A stretch of 64,000 nt of DNA from Escherichia coli (GCF_016026235.1 NZ_CP065613.1); one strand, 5' to 3'; positions 46,781 through 58,544 are shown, counted from the stretch's first letter. Made by a program: numbers and translations. Notes: generated by a model from the sequence alone, not told the origin.

Positions 46781-47500
46781 ATGGATTTTTTTAGTGTGCA
46801 GAATATCCTGGTACATATACCAATAGGGGCGGGCGGTTATGATCTCTCATGGATCGAAGCGGTAGGCACGATCGCCGGGTTGCTGTGTATTGGCCTTGCC
46901 AGTCTGGAGAAGATCAGCAACTACTTCTTTGGCCTGATCAACGTCACCTTGTTTGGCATTATTTTCTTTCAGATTCAGCTGTATGCCAGCCTGCTATTAC
47001 AGGTGTTTTTCTTTGCCGCGAATATTTACGGTTGGTATGCGTGGTCGCGACAAACCAGTCAGAACGAGGCGGAGTTGAAAATTCGCTGGTTGCCATTGCC
47101 GAAGGCGCTAAGCTGGTTGGCGGTTTGCGTTGTTTCGATTGGTCTGATGACGGTATTTATCAATCCGGTGTTTGCATTTTTGACCCGCGTGGCAGTCATC
47201 ATCATGCAAGCATTAGGATTACAGGTTGTAATGCCTGAACTGCAACCGGACGCTTTCCCGTTCTGGGATTCATGCATGATGGTGTTATCTATCGTGGCAA
47301 TGATTCTGATGACGCGTAAGTATGTGGAAAACTGGCTGTTGTGGGTGATTATTAACGTGATTAGCGTCGTTATTTTTGCACTTCAGGGCGTTTACGCCAT
47401 GTCTCTGGAGTACATCATCCTGACCTTTATTGCGCTCAACGGCAGCCGGATGTGGATCAACAGCGCACGTGAAAGAGGCTCACGCGCGCTGTCCCATTAA
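46781..47500 (+). CDS. pnuC: Nicotinamide riboside transporter PnuC
   Basis: 239-aa hydrophobic [47 protein letters not shown]...; downstream of nadA. Confidence 0.93.
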   Translation: MDFFSVQNILVHIPIGAGGYDLSWIEAVGTIAGLLCIGLASLEKISNYFFGLINVTLFGIIFFQIQLYASLLLQVFFFAANIYGWYAWSRQTSQNEAELKIRWLPLPKALSWLAVCVVSIGLMTVFINPVFAFLTRVAVIIMQALGLQVVMPELQPDAFPFWDSCMMVLSIVAMILMTRKYVENWLLWVIINVISVVIFALQGVYAMSLEYIILTFIALNGSRMWINSARERGSRALSH

Positions 47501-48438
47501 TGGTGATGATGTGAATGGCCAGACACCCCTTCATTCAGGTGGCAGTCTGGCCCATGACAAGGTTGATATTCCATCTGAATGGTGGCGTGCTCAATCTGAT
47601 AGTGATCCATCAGGTAGTGTTGGATCTGATCCAACAAGGCATCGTGATCGTGTGGCGGGATCACCTGCACATGCAACGTCATCACCGGCTTCTCGCCTAC
47701 CATCCATACATGCACATGGTGCACATTGCGGACTTCCGGGATTTCCCGGCACATACGACGCTTCAGTTCAGCGATATCCAGCGATACCGGTGCACCCTCA
47801 AGTAATTCATTCACGCTATCTTTCAACAGTCGCCACGCGCTACGCAGAACCAGAAGCGACACCAGTATCGAGAGAATGGGGTCAGCAGGTGTCCAGCCGG
47901 TCCAGATAATAATCAACGCGGCAATAATAGCCCCAACCGAACCCAGCAGGTCCCCGAGCACATGCAGTGCCGCTGCGCGCACGTTGAGGTTTTTCTCTTC
48001 GCTGCCGTGATGAAGTAACCAGAAAGAAAGTATATTTGCCAGCAACCCAGCCACGGCAATTGCCATCATCATGCCGCCCTCGACCGGACGCGGCGTGCGG
48101 AAGCGTTCAATCGCCTCCCAGACAATCAAAATGGTAATTACCACGAGGGCGATGGCATTCACAAACGCCGCGAGCGTGGTCAGTCTTAGCCAACCGAAAG
48201 TGTGGCGAATGGTGGGAGGACGACGTGAAAATTGCACGGCGAGTAGGGCGAAAAGCAGGGCGGCAGTATCGGTCAACATATGACCCGCATCGGCCAGCAA
48301 AGCCAGAGAACCAGAAAGAAAACCACCAATGACTTCTACCAGCATAAACCCGGCAGTCACGCCGAAAGCATACAACAAGCGACGAGCATTATTATCTTCT
48401 GGCAGGTGTGAGGACGTGTGTGAGTGTGAGTGCGCCAT
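47497..48438 (-). CDS. zitB: Zinc efflux transporter ZitB (cation diffusion facilitator family)
   Basis: 313-aa [60 protein letters not shown]... with His-rich termini; 3' end overlaps the pnuC 3' end by 4 nt. Confidence 0.93.
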   Translation of the reverse strand: MAHSHSHTSSHLPEDNNARRLLYAFGVTAGFMLVEVIGGFLSGSLALLADAGHMLTDTAALLFALLAVQFSRRPPTIRHTFGWLRLTTLAAFVNAIALVVITILIVWEAIERFRTPRPVEGGMMMAIAVAGLLANILSFWLLHHGSEEKNLNVRAAALHVLGDLLGSVGAIIAALIIIWTGWTPADPILSILVSLLVLRSAWRLLKDSVNELLEGAPVSLDIAELKRRMCREIPEVRNVHHVHVWMVGEKPVMTLHVQVIPPHDHDALLDQIQHYLMDHYQIEHATIQMEYQPCHGPDCHLNEGVSGHSHHHH

Positions 48439-48551
48439 GACGAGTCATCCCTTAATTATTCTCACTTAACTTTATGACATCTTACTGCTTTTAGAAGGGA
48501 AAAATTAAAAGGGAGAGACTCCGCTCTCCCATTATTGGCTATTTTGCAGGG

Positions 48552-48932
48552 TTACTGCGTAGTACCGTCGGTTTTGGTATCGACATCATTATTGATGCCA
48601 TCACCGGTTTGTACCTTTTTATTGATATCCGGGCAGCGACCATCTTTGCACATGGTGTTCTTGTGCTCTTCATATTTGGTCATGCCATCATTGTTCATTG
48701 AAGAACCATCCGGATGCAGCATAGTGCCGCCAGAACCGGTATTTACCCCGTTATTGTCGACGTTATTTGGCGCGACATTTTCACGGGCGTCAGGGGCTAC
48801 CTGGCCCGCATCAGCTGCGGCGTTTGCCTGGCCGTTATTGGTTTGCGCTCCGCTATCGGCAGCCAGTGCGGCACCGCTGGCAAGGCTTAGAGTGGCAGTC
48901 AGAAATAGTGTGGCCAGTTTTGTCATTTTCAT
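48552..48932 (-). CDS. ybgS: Secreted low-complexity protein YbgS (function unknown)
   Basis: 126-aa [27 protein letters not shown] (signal peptide), Asn/Gly/Asp-rich mature region. Confidence 0.85.
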   Translation of the reverse strand: MKMTKLATLFLTATLSLASGAALAADSGAQTNNGQANAAADAGQVAPDARENVAPNNVDNNGVNTGSGGTMLHPDGSSMNNDGMTKYEEHKNTMCKDGRCPDINKKVQTGDGINNDVDTKTDGTTQ

Positions 48933-49159
48933 AGGATGCTCCTGTTATGGTCGTTATGTCGGATAACCTCTTCCAACAGTGCATTTGCAGGTGAATATAA
49001 GGCATTGGTTTAAGATTTCAGCCAGGCAAAGAAATCCAGCAGAGAATCTTGAAATAATTAACAAACAAAGGAGTTACAGTTAGAAATTGTAGGAGAGATC
49101 TCGTTTTTCGCGACAATCTGGCGTTTTTCTTGCTAATTCCAGGATTAATCCGTTCATAG

Positions 49160-49177
49160 TGTAAAACCCCGTTTACA
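49160..49177. promoter_or_regulatory. TyrR box in the aroG promoter
   Basis: TGTAAA-accccg-TTTACA, perfect match to TGTAAA-N6-TTTACA, about 70 nt upstream of the aroG start. Confidence 0.7.
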
Positions 49178-49247
49178 CATTCTGACGGAAGATATAGATT
49201 GGAGGTATTGCATTCACTAAGATAAGTATGGCAACACTGGAACAGAC

Positions 49248-50300
49248 ATGAATTATCAGAACGACGATTTACGCATCAAAGAAATCAAAGAGTTACTTCC
49301 TCCTGTCGCATTGCTGGAAAAATTCCCCGCTACTGAAAATGCCGCGAATACGGTTGCCCATGCCCGAAAAGCGATCCATAAGATCCTGAAAGGTAATGAT
49401 GATCGCCTGTTGGTGGTGATTGGCCCGTGCTCAATTCATGATCCTGTCGCGGCTAAAGAGTATGCCACTCGCTTGCTGGCGCTGCGTGAAGAGCTGAAAG
49501 ATGAGCTGGAAATCGTAATGCGCGTCTATTTTGAAAAGCCGCGCACCACGGTGGGCTGGAAAGGGCTGATTAACGATCCGCATATGGACAATAGCTTCCA
49601 GATCAACGACGGTTTGCGTATTGCCCGTAAATTGCTGCTCGATATTAACGACAGCGGTCTGCCAGCTGCGGGTGAATTCCTCGATATGATCACTCCTCAG
49701 TATCTCGCTGACCTGATGAGCTGGGGCGCAATTGGTGCACGTACCACGGAATCGCAGGTGCACCGCGAACTGGCGTCTGGTCTTTCTTGTCCGGTAGGTT
49801 TTAAAAATGGCACAGACGGTACGATTAAAGTGGCTATCGATGCCATTAATGCCGCCGGTGCGCCGCACTGCTTCCTGTCCGTAACTAAATGGGGGCATTC
49901 GGCGATTGTGAATACCAGCGGTAACGGCGATTGCCATATCATTCTGCGCGGCGGTAAAGAGCCTAACTACAGCGCGAAGCACGTTGCTGAAGTGAAAGAA
50001 GGGCTGAACAAAGCAGGTCTGCCAGCTCAGGTGATGATCGATTTCAGCCATGCTAATTCGTCCAAACAATTCAAAAAGCAGATGGATGTTTGTGCTGACG
50101 TTTGCCAGCAGATTGCCGGTGGCGAAAAGGGCATTATCGGTGTGATGGTGGAAAGTCATCTGGTTGAAGGCCATCAGAGCCTGGAGAGCGGGGAGCCGCT
50201 GGCCTATGGTAAGAGCATCACCGATGCCTGCATTGGCTGGGAAGATACCGATGCTCTGTTACGTCAACTGGCGAACGCAGTGAAAGCGCGTCGCGGGTAA
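49248..50300 (+). CDS. aroG: Phe-sensitive 3-deoxy-7-phosphoheptulonate (DAHP) synthase
   Basis: 350-aa ORF MNYQNDDLRIKEIKELLPPVALLEKFPATENAANTVAHARKAIHKILKGNDDRLLVVIGPCSIHDP... Confidence 0.96.
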   Translation: MNYQNDDLRIKEIKELLPPVALLEKFPATENAANTVAHARKAIHKILKGNDDRLLVVIGPCSIHDPVAAKEYATRLLALREELKDELEIVMRVYFEKPRTTVGWKGLINDPHMDNSFQINDGLRIARKLLLDINDSGLPAAGEFLDMITPQYLADLMSWGAIGARTTESQVHRELASGLSCPVGFKNGTDGTIKVAIDAINAAGAPHCFLSVTKWGHSAIVNTSGNGDCHIILRGGKEPNYSAKHVAEVKEGLNKAGLPAQVMIDFSHANSSKQFKKQMDVCADVCQQIAGGEKGIIGVMVESHLVEGHQSLESGEPLAYGKSITDACIGWEDTDALLRQLANAVKARRG

Positions 50301-50315
50301 GGTTTCATTGTTGGA

Positions 50316-50400
50316 TGCGCCGCATGGATGGCGCATCCGATGAATAACCGTAGGTCTGATAATATGCGAGCGTCGCATCAGGCAGTGCTTCGTGGTTAGC
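50316..50400. repeat. REP/BIME palindromic units after aroG
   Basis: gatgcgccgcatggatggcgcatc and gtaggtctgataatatgcgagcgtcgcatcaggc. Confidence 0.75.
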
Positions 50401-50407
50401 GACGAAA

Positions 50408-50450
50408 AACAAAAAAGCCGACTCATTTGCAGTCGGCTTTCTCATTTTTA
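50408..50450. terminator. Bidirectional intrinsic terminator between convergent aroG and gpmA
   Basis: aaaaaagccgactcatttgcagtcggctttctcattttt; hairpin flanked by A-run and T-run. Confidence 0.75.
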
Positions 50451-50462
50451 AGCGAATAACGT

Positions 50463-51215
50463 TTACTTCGCTTTACCCTGATTAGCAACCGCCGCTGCTT
50501 TCGCCGCGATCTCGTCAGCATTACCCAGATAATAACGTTTCAGCGGTTTGAAGTTCTCGTCGAACTCATATACCAGCGGCACGCCAGTCGGGATATTCAG
50601 CTCAAGAATCTCTTCTTCGCTCATGTTATCGAGATATTTCACCAGCGCACGTAACGAGTTACCGTGTGCAGCGATGATTACGCGCTCACCGCTCTTCATA
50701 CGCGGCAGAATGGTTTCATTCCAGTAAGGGATCACGCGGTCAATAGTCAGCGCCAGGCTTTCAGTCAGCGGCAGCTCTTTCTCGCTTAGTTTCGCGTAAC
50801 GCGGATCGTGACCCGGATAACGCTCATCATCTTTGGTCAGTTCCGGCGGAGTCACTGCAAAACCACGACGCCACTGTTTCACCTGCTCGTCGCCATACTT
50901 TTCAGCAGTTTCCGCTTTGTTCAGACCCTGCAACGCACCGTAGTGACGTTCGTTCAGTTTCCAGGATTTCTCAACGGGCAGCCATGCCTGATCCAGTTCG
51001 TCCAGCACATTCCACAGGGTATGGATAGCACGTTTCAGCACAGAGGTGTAAGCAAAGTCAAAGCTGTAACCTTCCTCTTTCAGCAGCTTACCTGCTGCTT
51101 TTGCTTCGCTTACGCCTTTCTCAGACAGATCCACGTCGTACCAACCGGTGAAACGGTTTTCTTTGTTCCACTGACTTTCGCCATGACGAACCAGAACCAG
51201 CTTAGTTACAGCCAT
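50463..51215 (-). CDS. gpmA: 2,3-bisphosphoglycerate-dependent phosphoglycerate mutase
   Basis: Track ORF 50463..51230; start at [25 protein letters not shown] (catalytic His in the RHGE motif), 250 aa. Confidence 0.96.
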
Positions 51216-51240
51216 ATACTTACTCCTCAAATCATCTTTT

Positions 51241-51261
51241 AATGATAATAATTCTCATTAT
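51241..51261. promoter_or_regulatory. Probable Fur box upstream of gpmA
   Basis: aatgataataattctcattat resembles the GATAATGATAATCATTATC consensus; 25-45 nt upstream of the gpmA start. Confidence 0.55.
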
Positions 51262-51417
51262 ATTGCCGTGACGAAGCAACAGCAATGCTTACGCATAACC
51301 ATAGCGAAAATAGTGTCGCAGTGTAAGGTTGTTGTGAATATTGAGTTGCAAATATGTCGGTGTTTGCTGGTGATTTGAACAATACAAGGGGAAAGCCCTC
51401 ATCGCGAGGGCTTAAAC

Positions 51418-52458
51418 TTACTCAGCAATAAACTGATATTCCGTCAGGCTGGAATACTCTTCACCAGGATGCAGGAAGCAGTCCGGTTGCGGCCATTCAG
51501 GGTGGTTCGGGCTGTCCGGCAGAAACTCGCTTTCCAGAGCCAGCCCTTGCCAGTCGGCGTAAGGTTCGGTTCCCCGCGACGGTGTGCCGCCGAGGAAGTT
51601 GCCGGAGTAGAATTGCAGAGCCGGAGCGGTGGTGTAGACCTTCAACTGCAATTTTTCATCTGCTGACCAGAGATGTGCCGCCACTTTTTTGCCATCGCCT
51701 TTGGCCTGTAACAAGAACGCGTGATCGTAACCTTTCACTTTGCGCTGATCGTCGTCGGCAAGAAACTCACTGGCGATGATTTTGGCGCTGCGGAAATCAA
51801 AAGACGTTCCGGCGACAGATTTCAGGCCGTCGTGCGGAATGCCGCCTTCATCAACCGGCAGATATTCGTCCGCCAGAATCTGCAACTTGTGATTGCGCAC
51901 GTCAGACTGCTCGCCGTCAAGATTGAAATAGACGTGATTAGTCATATTCACCGGGCAAGGTTTATCAACTGTGGCGCGATAAGTAATGGAGATACGGTTA
52001 TCGTCGGTCAGACGATATTGCACCGTCGCGCCGAGATTACCCGGGAAGCCCTGATCGCCATCATCTGAACTCAGGGCAAACAGCACCTGACGATCGTTCT
52101 GGTTCACAATCTGCCAGCGACGTTTGTCGAACCCTTCCGGGCCGCCGTGCAATTGGTTGACGCCCTGACTTGGCAACAGCGTCACGGTTTCACCGTCAAA
52201 GGTATAACGGCTATTGGCGATGCGGTTAGCATAACGACCAATAGAGGCCCCCAGAAACGCGGCCTGATCCTGATAGCATTCCGGGCTGGCACAGCCGAGC
52301 AGCGCCTCGCGGACGCTGCCATCGGAAAGCGGAATACGGGCTGAAAGTAAAGTCGCACCCCAGTCCATCAGCGTGACTACCATCCCTGCGTTGTTACGCA
52401 AAGTTAACAGTCGGTACGGCTGACCATCGGGTGCCAGTGCGGGAGTTTCGTTCAGCAC
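51418..52458 (-). CDS. galM: Aldose 1-epimerase (galactose mutarotase)
   Basis: 346-aa [59 protein letters not shown]... Confidence 0.95.
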
Positions 52459-53600
52459 TGTCCTGCTCCTTGTGATGGTTTACAAACGTAAAAAGTCTCT
52501 TTAATACCTGTTTTTGCTTCATATTGTTCAGCGACAGCTTGCTGTACGGCAGGCACCAGCTCTTCCGGGATCAGCGCGACGATACAGCCGCCAAATCCGC
52601 CGCCGGTCATGCGTACGCCACCTTTGTCGCCAATCACAGCTTTGACGATTTCAACCAGAGTGTCAATTTGCGGCACGGTGATTTCGAAATCATCGCGCAT
52701 AGAGGCATGAGACTCCGCCATCAACTCGCCCATACGTTTCAGGTCGCCTTGCTCCAGCGCGCTGGCAGCTTCAACGGTACGGGCGTTTTCAGTCAGGATA
52801 TGACGCACGCGTTTCGCCACGATTGGGTCCAGCTCATGTGCAACAGCGTTGAACTCTTCAATGGTGACATCGCGCAGAGCTGGCTGCTGGAAGAAACGCG
52901 CACCGGTTTCGCACTGTTCACGACGGGTGTTGTATTCGCTGCCAACCAGGGTACGTTTGAAGTTACTGTTGATGATGACGACAGCCACACCTTTCGGCAT
53001 GGAAACTGCTTTGGTCCCCAGTGAGCGACAGTCAATCAGCAAGGCGTGATCTTTTTTGCCGAGCGCGGAAATAAGCTGATCCATGATCCCGCAGTTACAG
53101 CCAACAAACTGGTTTTCTGCTTCCTGACCGTTAAGCGCGATTTGTGCGCCGTCCAGCGGCAGATGATAAAGCTGCTGCAATACGGTTCCGACCGCCACTT
53201 CCAGTGAGGCGGAAGAACTTAACCCGGCACCCTGCGGCACGTTGCCGCTGATCACCATGTCCACGCCGCCGAAGCTGTTGTTACGCAGTTGCAGATGTTT
53301 CACCACGCCACGAACGTAGTTAGCCCATTGATAGTTTTCATGCGCGACAATGGGCGCATCAAGGGAAAACTCGTCAAGCTGATTTTCATAATCGGCTGCC
53401 ATTACGCGAACTTTACGGTCATCGCGTGGTGCACAGCTGATCACGGTTTGATAATCAATCGCGCAGGGCAGAACGAAACCGTCGTTGTAGTCGGTGTGTT
53501 CACCAATCAAATTCACGCGGCCAGGCGCCTGAATGGTGTGAGTGGCAGGGTAGCCAAATGCGTTGGCAAACAGAGATTGCGTTTTTTCTTTCAGACTCAT
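52452..53600 (-). CDS. galK: Galactokinase
   Basis: 382-aa [52 protein letters not shown]... (GHMP kinase). Confidence 0.96.
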
Positions 53601-53603
53601 TTC

Positions 53604-54650
53604 TTACACTCCGGATTCGCGAAAATGGATATCGCTGACTGCGCGCAAACGCTCTGCTGCCTGTTCTGCCGTCAGATCACGCTGGGTTTCTGCCAGCATT
53701 TCATAACCGACCATAAATTTACGTACGGTGGCGGAGCGCAACAGAGGCGGATAAAAGTGCGCGTGCAGCTGCCAGTGTTGATTCTCTTCGCCATTAAATG
53801 GCGCGCCGTGCCAGCCCATAGAGTAGGGGAAGGAGCACTGGAAGAGGTTGTCATAACGACTGGTCAGCTTTTTCAACGCCAGCGCCAGATCGCTGCGCTG
53901 GGCGTCGGTCAAATCGGTGATCCGTAAAACGTGGGCTTTGGGCAGCAGTAGCGTTTCGAACGGCCAGGCAGCCCAGTAAGGCACTACGGCTAACCAGTGT
54001 TCGGTTTCAACAACGGTACGGCTACCGTCTGCCAGCTCGCGCTGAACATAATCCACCAGCATTGGTGATTTCTGCTCGGCAAAATATTCTTTTTGCAGGC
54101 GGTCTTCGCGCTCAGCTTCGTTAGGCAGGAAGCTATTTGCCCAAACCTGTCCGTGCGGATGCGGGTTAGAGCAGCCCATCGCCGCGCCTTTATTTTCAAA
54201 GACCTGCACCCATGGGTACGTTTTCCCCAGTTCTGCGGTTTGCTCCTGCCAGGTTTTGACGATTTCCGTCAATGCCGCAACACTGAGCTCTGGCAGCGTT
54301 TTACTGTGATCCGGTGAAAAGCAGATCACCCGGCTGGTACCGCGCGCGCTCTGGCAACGCATCAAAGGATCGTTGCTTTCTGGCGCATCTGGCGTGTCAG
54401 ACATCAAGGCCGCAAAGTCATTAGTGAAAACGTAAGTCCCGGTGTAATCGGGGTTTTTATCGCCTGTCACCCGCACATTACCTGCGCAGAGGAAGCAATC
54501 TGGATCGTGCGCAGGTAACACCTGTTTGGCTGGCGTTTCCTGCGCCCCCTGCCAGGGGCGCTTAGCGCGGTGCGGTGAAACCAGAATCCATTGCCCGGTG
54601 AGCGGGTTGTAGCGGCGATGTGGATGATCAACGGGATTAAATTGCGTCAT
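53604..54650 (-). CDS. galT: Galactose-1-phosphate uridylyltransferase; its own ATG and RBS are intact but the upstream galE frame runs into it
   Basis: C-terminal 348 residues of the 704-aa track ORF 53604..55718, beginning [35 protein letters not shown]... with the HPH active-site motif. Confidence 0.9.
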   Translation of the reverse strand: MTQFNPVDHPHRRYNPLTGQWILVSPHRAKRPWQGAQETPAKQVLPAHDPDCFLCAGNVRVTGDKNPDYTGTYVFTNDFAALMSDTPDAPESNDPLMRCQSARGTSRVICFSPDHSKTLPELSVAALTEIVKTWQEQTAELGKTYPWVQVFENKGAAMGCSNPHPHGQVWANSFLPNEAEREDRLQKEYFAEQKSPMLVDYVQRELADGSRTVVETEHWLAVVPYWAAWPFETLLLPKAHVLRITDLTDAQRSDLALALKKLTSRYDNLFQCSFPYSMGWHGAPFNGEENQHWQLHAHFYPPLLRSATVRKFMVGYEMLAETQRDLTAEQAAERLRAVSDIHFRESGV

Positions 54651-54659
54651 GGTCGTTCC

Positions 54660-55676
54660 TTTATCGGGATATCCCTGTGGATGGCGTGACTGCCAGTGCC
54701 AGGTGTCCTGCGCCATTTCATCGAGTGTGCGCGTTACGCGCCAGTTCAGTTCACGGTCGGCTTTGCTGGCGTCCGCCCAGTAGGCCGGAAGGTCGCCCTC
54801 GCGACGCGGTGCAAAATGATAGTTAACCGGTTTGCCGCAGGCTTTGCTGAAGGCATTAACCACGTCCAGCACGCTGCTGCCTACGCCAGCACCGAGGTTG
54901 TAGATGTGTACGCCTGGCTTGTTCGCCAGTTTTTCCATCGCCACGACGTGACCGTCCGCCAGATCCATTACGTGGATGTAATCGCGTACGCCAGTACCGT
55001 CTTCGGTCGGATAATCGTTACCAAAAATCGCCAGCGAGTCGCGACGGCCTACAGCAACCTGGGCGATGTATGGCATCAGGTTATTCGGAATGCCTTGCGG
55101 ATCTTCGCCCATATCGCCCGACGGATGCGCGCCAACCGGGTTGAAGTAGCGCAGCAGGGCAATGCTCCAGTCCGGCTGGGCTTTTTGCAGATCGGTGAGG
55201 ATCTGTTCCACCATCAGCTTGCTTTTGCCGTAAGGGCTTTGCGGTGTGCCGGTCGGGAAGCTTTCAACGTATGGAATTTTGGGCTGATCGCCATAAACGG
55301 TGGCGGAGGAGCTAAAAATAAAGTTTTTGACGTTAGCGGCGCGCATGGCGCTAATCAGGCGCAGAGTACCGTTGACATTGTTGTCGTAATATTCCAGCGG
55401 TTTTTGTACCGATTCGCCAACGGCTTTCAGCCCGGCGAAGTGGATCACGGTGTCGATAGCGTGATCGTGCAGGATCTCGGTCATCAACGCTTCGTTACGG
55501 ATATCGCCTTCAACAAACGTTGGATGTTTGCCGCCTAAACGCTCGATAACAGGCAGTACGCTGCGCTTACTGTTACAGAGGTTATCAAGAATGATGACAT
55601 CATGACCGTTTTGCAGTAATTGCACACAGGTATGACTTCCAATGTAACCGCTACCACCGGTGACCAGAACTCTCAT
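54660..55676 (-). CDS. galE: UDP-glucose 4-epimerase reading frame with no stop codon (continues in frame into galT)
   Basis: Residues 15-352 of the 704-aa track [24 protein letters not shown] (NAD Rossmann motif) to ...[13 protein letters not shown], then KGTT, then the GalT start Met; the expected stop position 54660-54662 is a sense codon (AAA). Confidence 0.85.
55642..55657. promoter_or_regulatory. gal internal operator OI (GalR/GalS site) inside the galE coding region
   Basis: Minus-strand GTGGTAGCGGTTACAT about 20-35 nt into galE. Confidence 0.7.
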
Positions 55677-55754
55677 AATTCGCTCCATTAGGCTTATGGT
55701 ATGAAATAACCATAGCATAACAAAGATGCGAAAAGTGTGACATGGAATAAATTA

Positions 55755-55770
55755 GTGGAATCGTTTACAC
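55755..55770. promoter_or_regulatory. gal external operator OE (GalR/GalS site) in the galP1/P2 promoter region
   Basis: Minus-strand GTGTAAACGATTCCAC about 80-95 nt upstream of the galE start; spacing to OI about 113 bp. Confidence 0.7.
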
Positions 55771-55937
55771 AAGAGTTTAGCCATTTTTTATGTGCGATTA
55801 AGTGATTATAAAACAGAGGCTTTATGAATGATTGCGCTTTTTATCTGAAAAAAAGACGCGGTTTCATGTCTGCATGCGTCGAACCGTTGGCCGGATAGGG
55901 CGCTTAGGCCGCCTCCGGCAAGGTCAGCACTACCGAC

Positions 55938-57410
55938 TCAATATATTTTTGTCAGCACATAGCGATAGAGTCCACCGTCCGGCACGAACTCAAGACGATG
56001 GGTAATACAGGCAGGCGCATCTTCAGCGTGGTGCGAAACAAACAACAATTGCGTTTCACCTTCGCTAATCAGCACATCAACAAAACGGCGGATAAGCTGG
56101 CGATTCAGCGGATCAAGCCCCTGTAGTGGTTCATCGAGAATAAGCAACGTCGGATGTTTCACCAGTGCGCGGACAATCAGCGCCAGACGCTGCTGTCCCC
56201 AGGAAAGACTATGGAACGGAGCGTCAGCCGTGCGTTTATCAATGCCGAGAATATCCAGCCACTGCTGCACCAGTTTTTGCTGGCGATCCGAAACGGCCTG
56301 ATAAATGCCAATCGAATCAAAATAGCCAGAAAGAATCACATTACGCACAGTAGTACTGACCCGGTAATCCAGATGCAAACTACTGCTGACGTAACCGATA
56401 TGCTTTTTGATATCCCAGATGGTTTCGCCGCTGCCACGACGTCGTCCGAAAAGCGTCAAATCGTTGCTGTAACCTTGCGGATGATCGCCAGTAATCAGGC
56501 TTAATAACGTCGATTTTCCCGCGCCATTTGGCCCGATAATTTGCCAGTGTTCACCTGGATTCACCTGCCAGCTAAGGTTATTAAGAATGGGGCGATCGTT
56601 ATAAGAAACCACGCCATTATTCAGCACAATGCGCGGTTCGTTGGCGGGTAAGGCGTGACGTGCTGAAGGTTCATCCGGCTCCGGCAGTTGCACACCTTCA
56701 AGCTGTTCACTATGCGCCAGTTGCGCGACGAGTGCTTGTTGGAGCAGCTCCTCTTTAGCGCCAGTTTCCGCTAACGTGCAATCCGCCAGCACGCCAGCAA
56801 ACTGGACAAATTCCGGGATCTCATCGAAGCGATTGAGCACCAGTACCAGAGTAATACCGGACTGATGTAACGAGGCGAGTCGCTCAGCCAGCTGCTGACG
56901 TGAGGCAACATCCAGGCCATCGAACGGCTCATCAAGAATCAACAAGTCAGGCTCCGACATCAGCGCCTGACACAGCAGGGTTTTTCGCGTCTCGCCAGTG
57001 GAAAGGTATTTAAAGCGTCGGTCGAGGAGGGCGGTAATACCGAACTGCTGTGCCAGTTGCATGCAGCGCGGTGCATCCTTTACTTCATCCTGAATAATCT
57101 CAGCCGTAGAGCGTCCGGTGTCATCTTCGCCAGGGCCGAGCATATCGGTGTTATTCCGCTGCCATTCGTCGCTGACGAGCTTTTGCAATTGCTCGAAGGA
57201 GAGACGAGTGATGTGGGAAAACTGGCTTTGCCGTTCACCTTTCAAAAGCGGAAGTTCCCCCGCCAGCGCGCGGGCCAGCGCCGATTTCCCGCTTCCATTC
57301 GAACCGACAAACGCCCAACTATCCCCCGCGTTTAACGTTAGCTGAGGCAATTGCAGCGTTTTTGTGTCGCCAAGACGAAACGTGCCTTGCAAGATTTGCA
57401 ATGATGACAT
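55938..57410 (-). CDS. modF: ABC-type ATPase ModF (two ATP-binding cassettes)
   Basis: Track ORF 55938..57422; start at MSSLQILQGTFRLGDTKTLQLPQLTLNAGDSWAFVGSNGSGKS (Walker A); second Walker A GPNGAGKST. Confidence 0.9.
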   Translation of the reverse strand: MSSLQILQGTFRLGDTKTLQLPQLTLNAGDSWAFVGSNGSGKSALARALAGELPLLKGERQSQFSHITRLSFEQLQKLVSDEWQRNNTDMLGPGEDDTGRSTAEIIQDEVKDAPRCMQLAQQFGITALLDRRFKYLSTGETRKTLLCQALMSEPDLLILDEPFDGLDVASRQQLAERLASLHQSGITLVLVLNRFDEIPEFVQFAGVLADCTLAETGAKEELLQQALVAQLAHSEQLEGVQLPEPDEPSARHALPANEPRIVLNNGVVSYNDRPILNNLSWQVNPGEHWQIIGPNGAGKSTLLSLITGDHPQGYSNDLTLFGRRRGSGETIWDIKKHIGYVSSSLHLDYRVSTTVRNVILSGYFDSIGIYQAVSDRQQKLVQQWLDILGIDKRTADAPFHSLSWGQQRLALIVRALVKHPTLLILDEPLQGLDPLNRQLIRRFVDVLISEGETQLLFVSHHAEDAPACITHRLEFVPDGGLYRYVLTKIY

Positions 57411-57477
57411 TTTATATCCCATTTTGTGCAGCGATTACTGACAGGGATACGTGTTTCATAACAAATTGTCAACACGC

Positions 57478-58266
57478 TTAGCACAGCGTGGCGATAATCA
57501 CGCTGTCGGCATTAAAGTAGGCCGTGACATTCTGTCCTTGCTGAAGAGAAGTCGCTTCATTTACCGGCACTGTGGCGCACAGTGTTTGCCCGTCCGGTAG
57601 TGCCATTAATACTTCGCACTGCTCTGCGCCGCGCTCAATATGGCTAATAATACCCGGTAATTGGTTGTCAGCGTTTTGCGCGACCGCTTCGTCCTGAGTA
57701 ATGCCTACCCACGGCGCTTTTAGCAATATCAACACTTCTTTGCCTTCATCCAGCCCCAGACGCGCGCCGCTTTGTGCGGTAATTGCGACTTTCAGGCGTG
57801 TTTTTCCATCAGCCAGTAAGACATCAACATGCTGTTGAACGTCATCATGATCGCGGGCGGTGATGGTACCGAACCACTGGTTACGGGCGCTGGTTTGCAG
57901 TGAAAAACGTGAGATCGCGGCCAGCAGGCTGTTCAGCGGCAGGGCGTCATCGTAACTTAACACATCAAAGGCTTTTTGCTGGATTTGCGCCAGTAAGTCA
58001 TAGAGCTGAATCAGTCGCTGACCATAGCGGGTCAGTACTGCGCCGCCGCCACCTTTACCGCCTGTTGCGCGCTCGACCAGAATATGCTCACTTAACTGAT
58101 TCATCTCGTTAATGGCATCCCAGGCGCTTTTATAGCTGATACCGGCATCTTTCGCTCCCTGGCTAATGGAACCGGAAAGCGCAATGTGTTTTAGTAGCGA
58201 AATGCGGCGCGGGTCGGCGAATAATTTTTGTTGGAGCTTAAGGGTGAGAAGGATTTCGGCCTGCAT
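57478..58266 (-). CDS. modE: Molybdate-responsive transcriptional regulator ModE
   Basis: 262-aa ORF MQAEILLTLKLQQKLFADPRRISLLKHIALSGSISQGAKDAGISYKSAWDAINEMNQ (HTH) plus two Mop domains. Confidence 0.95.
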   Translation of the reverse strand: MQAEILLTLKLQQKLFADPRRISLLKHIALSGSISQGAKDAGISYKSAWDAINEMNQLSEHILVERATGGKGGGGAVLTRYGQRLIQLYDLLAQIQQKAFDVLSYDDALPLNSLLAAISRFSLQTSARNQWFGTITARDHDDVQQHVDVLLADGKTRLKVAITAQSGARLGLDEGKEVLILLKAPWVGITQDEAVAQNADNQLPGIISHIERGAEQCEVLMALPDGQTLCATVPVNEATSLQQGQNVTAYFNADSVIIATLC

Positions 58267-58376
58267 AACAATGTCCTGGCAAAAGTCTTATTGTGACGGA
58301 AAACGAACGCCACGCAAAGCTGACCGCACAAAAGGGGAGTGCTTTTCTGTGCTTAGCGGTTAGAATAGTCTCATGA

Positions 58377-58544
<168 letters not shown>

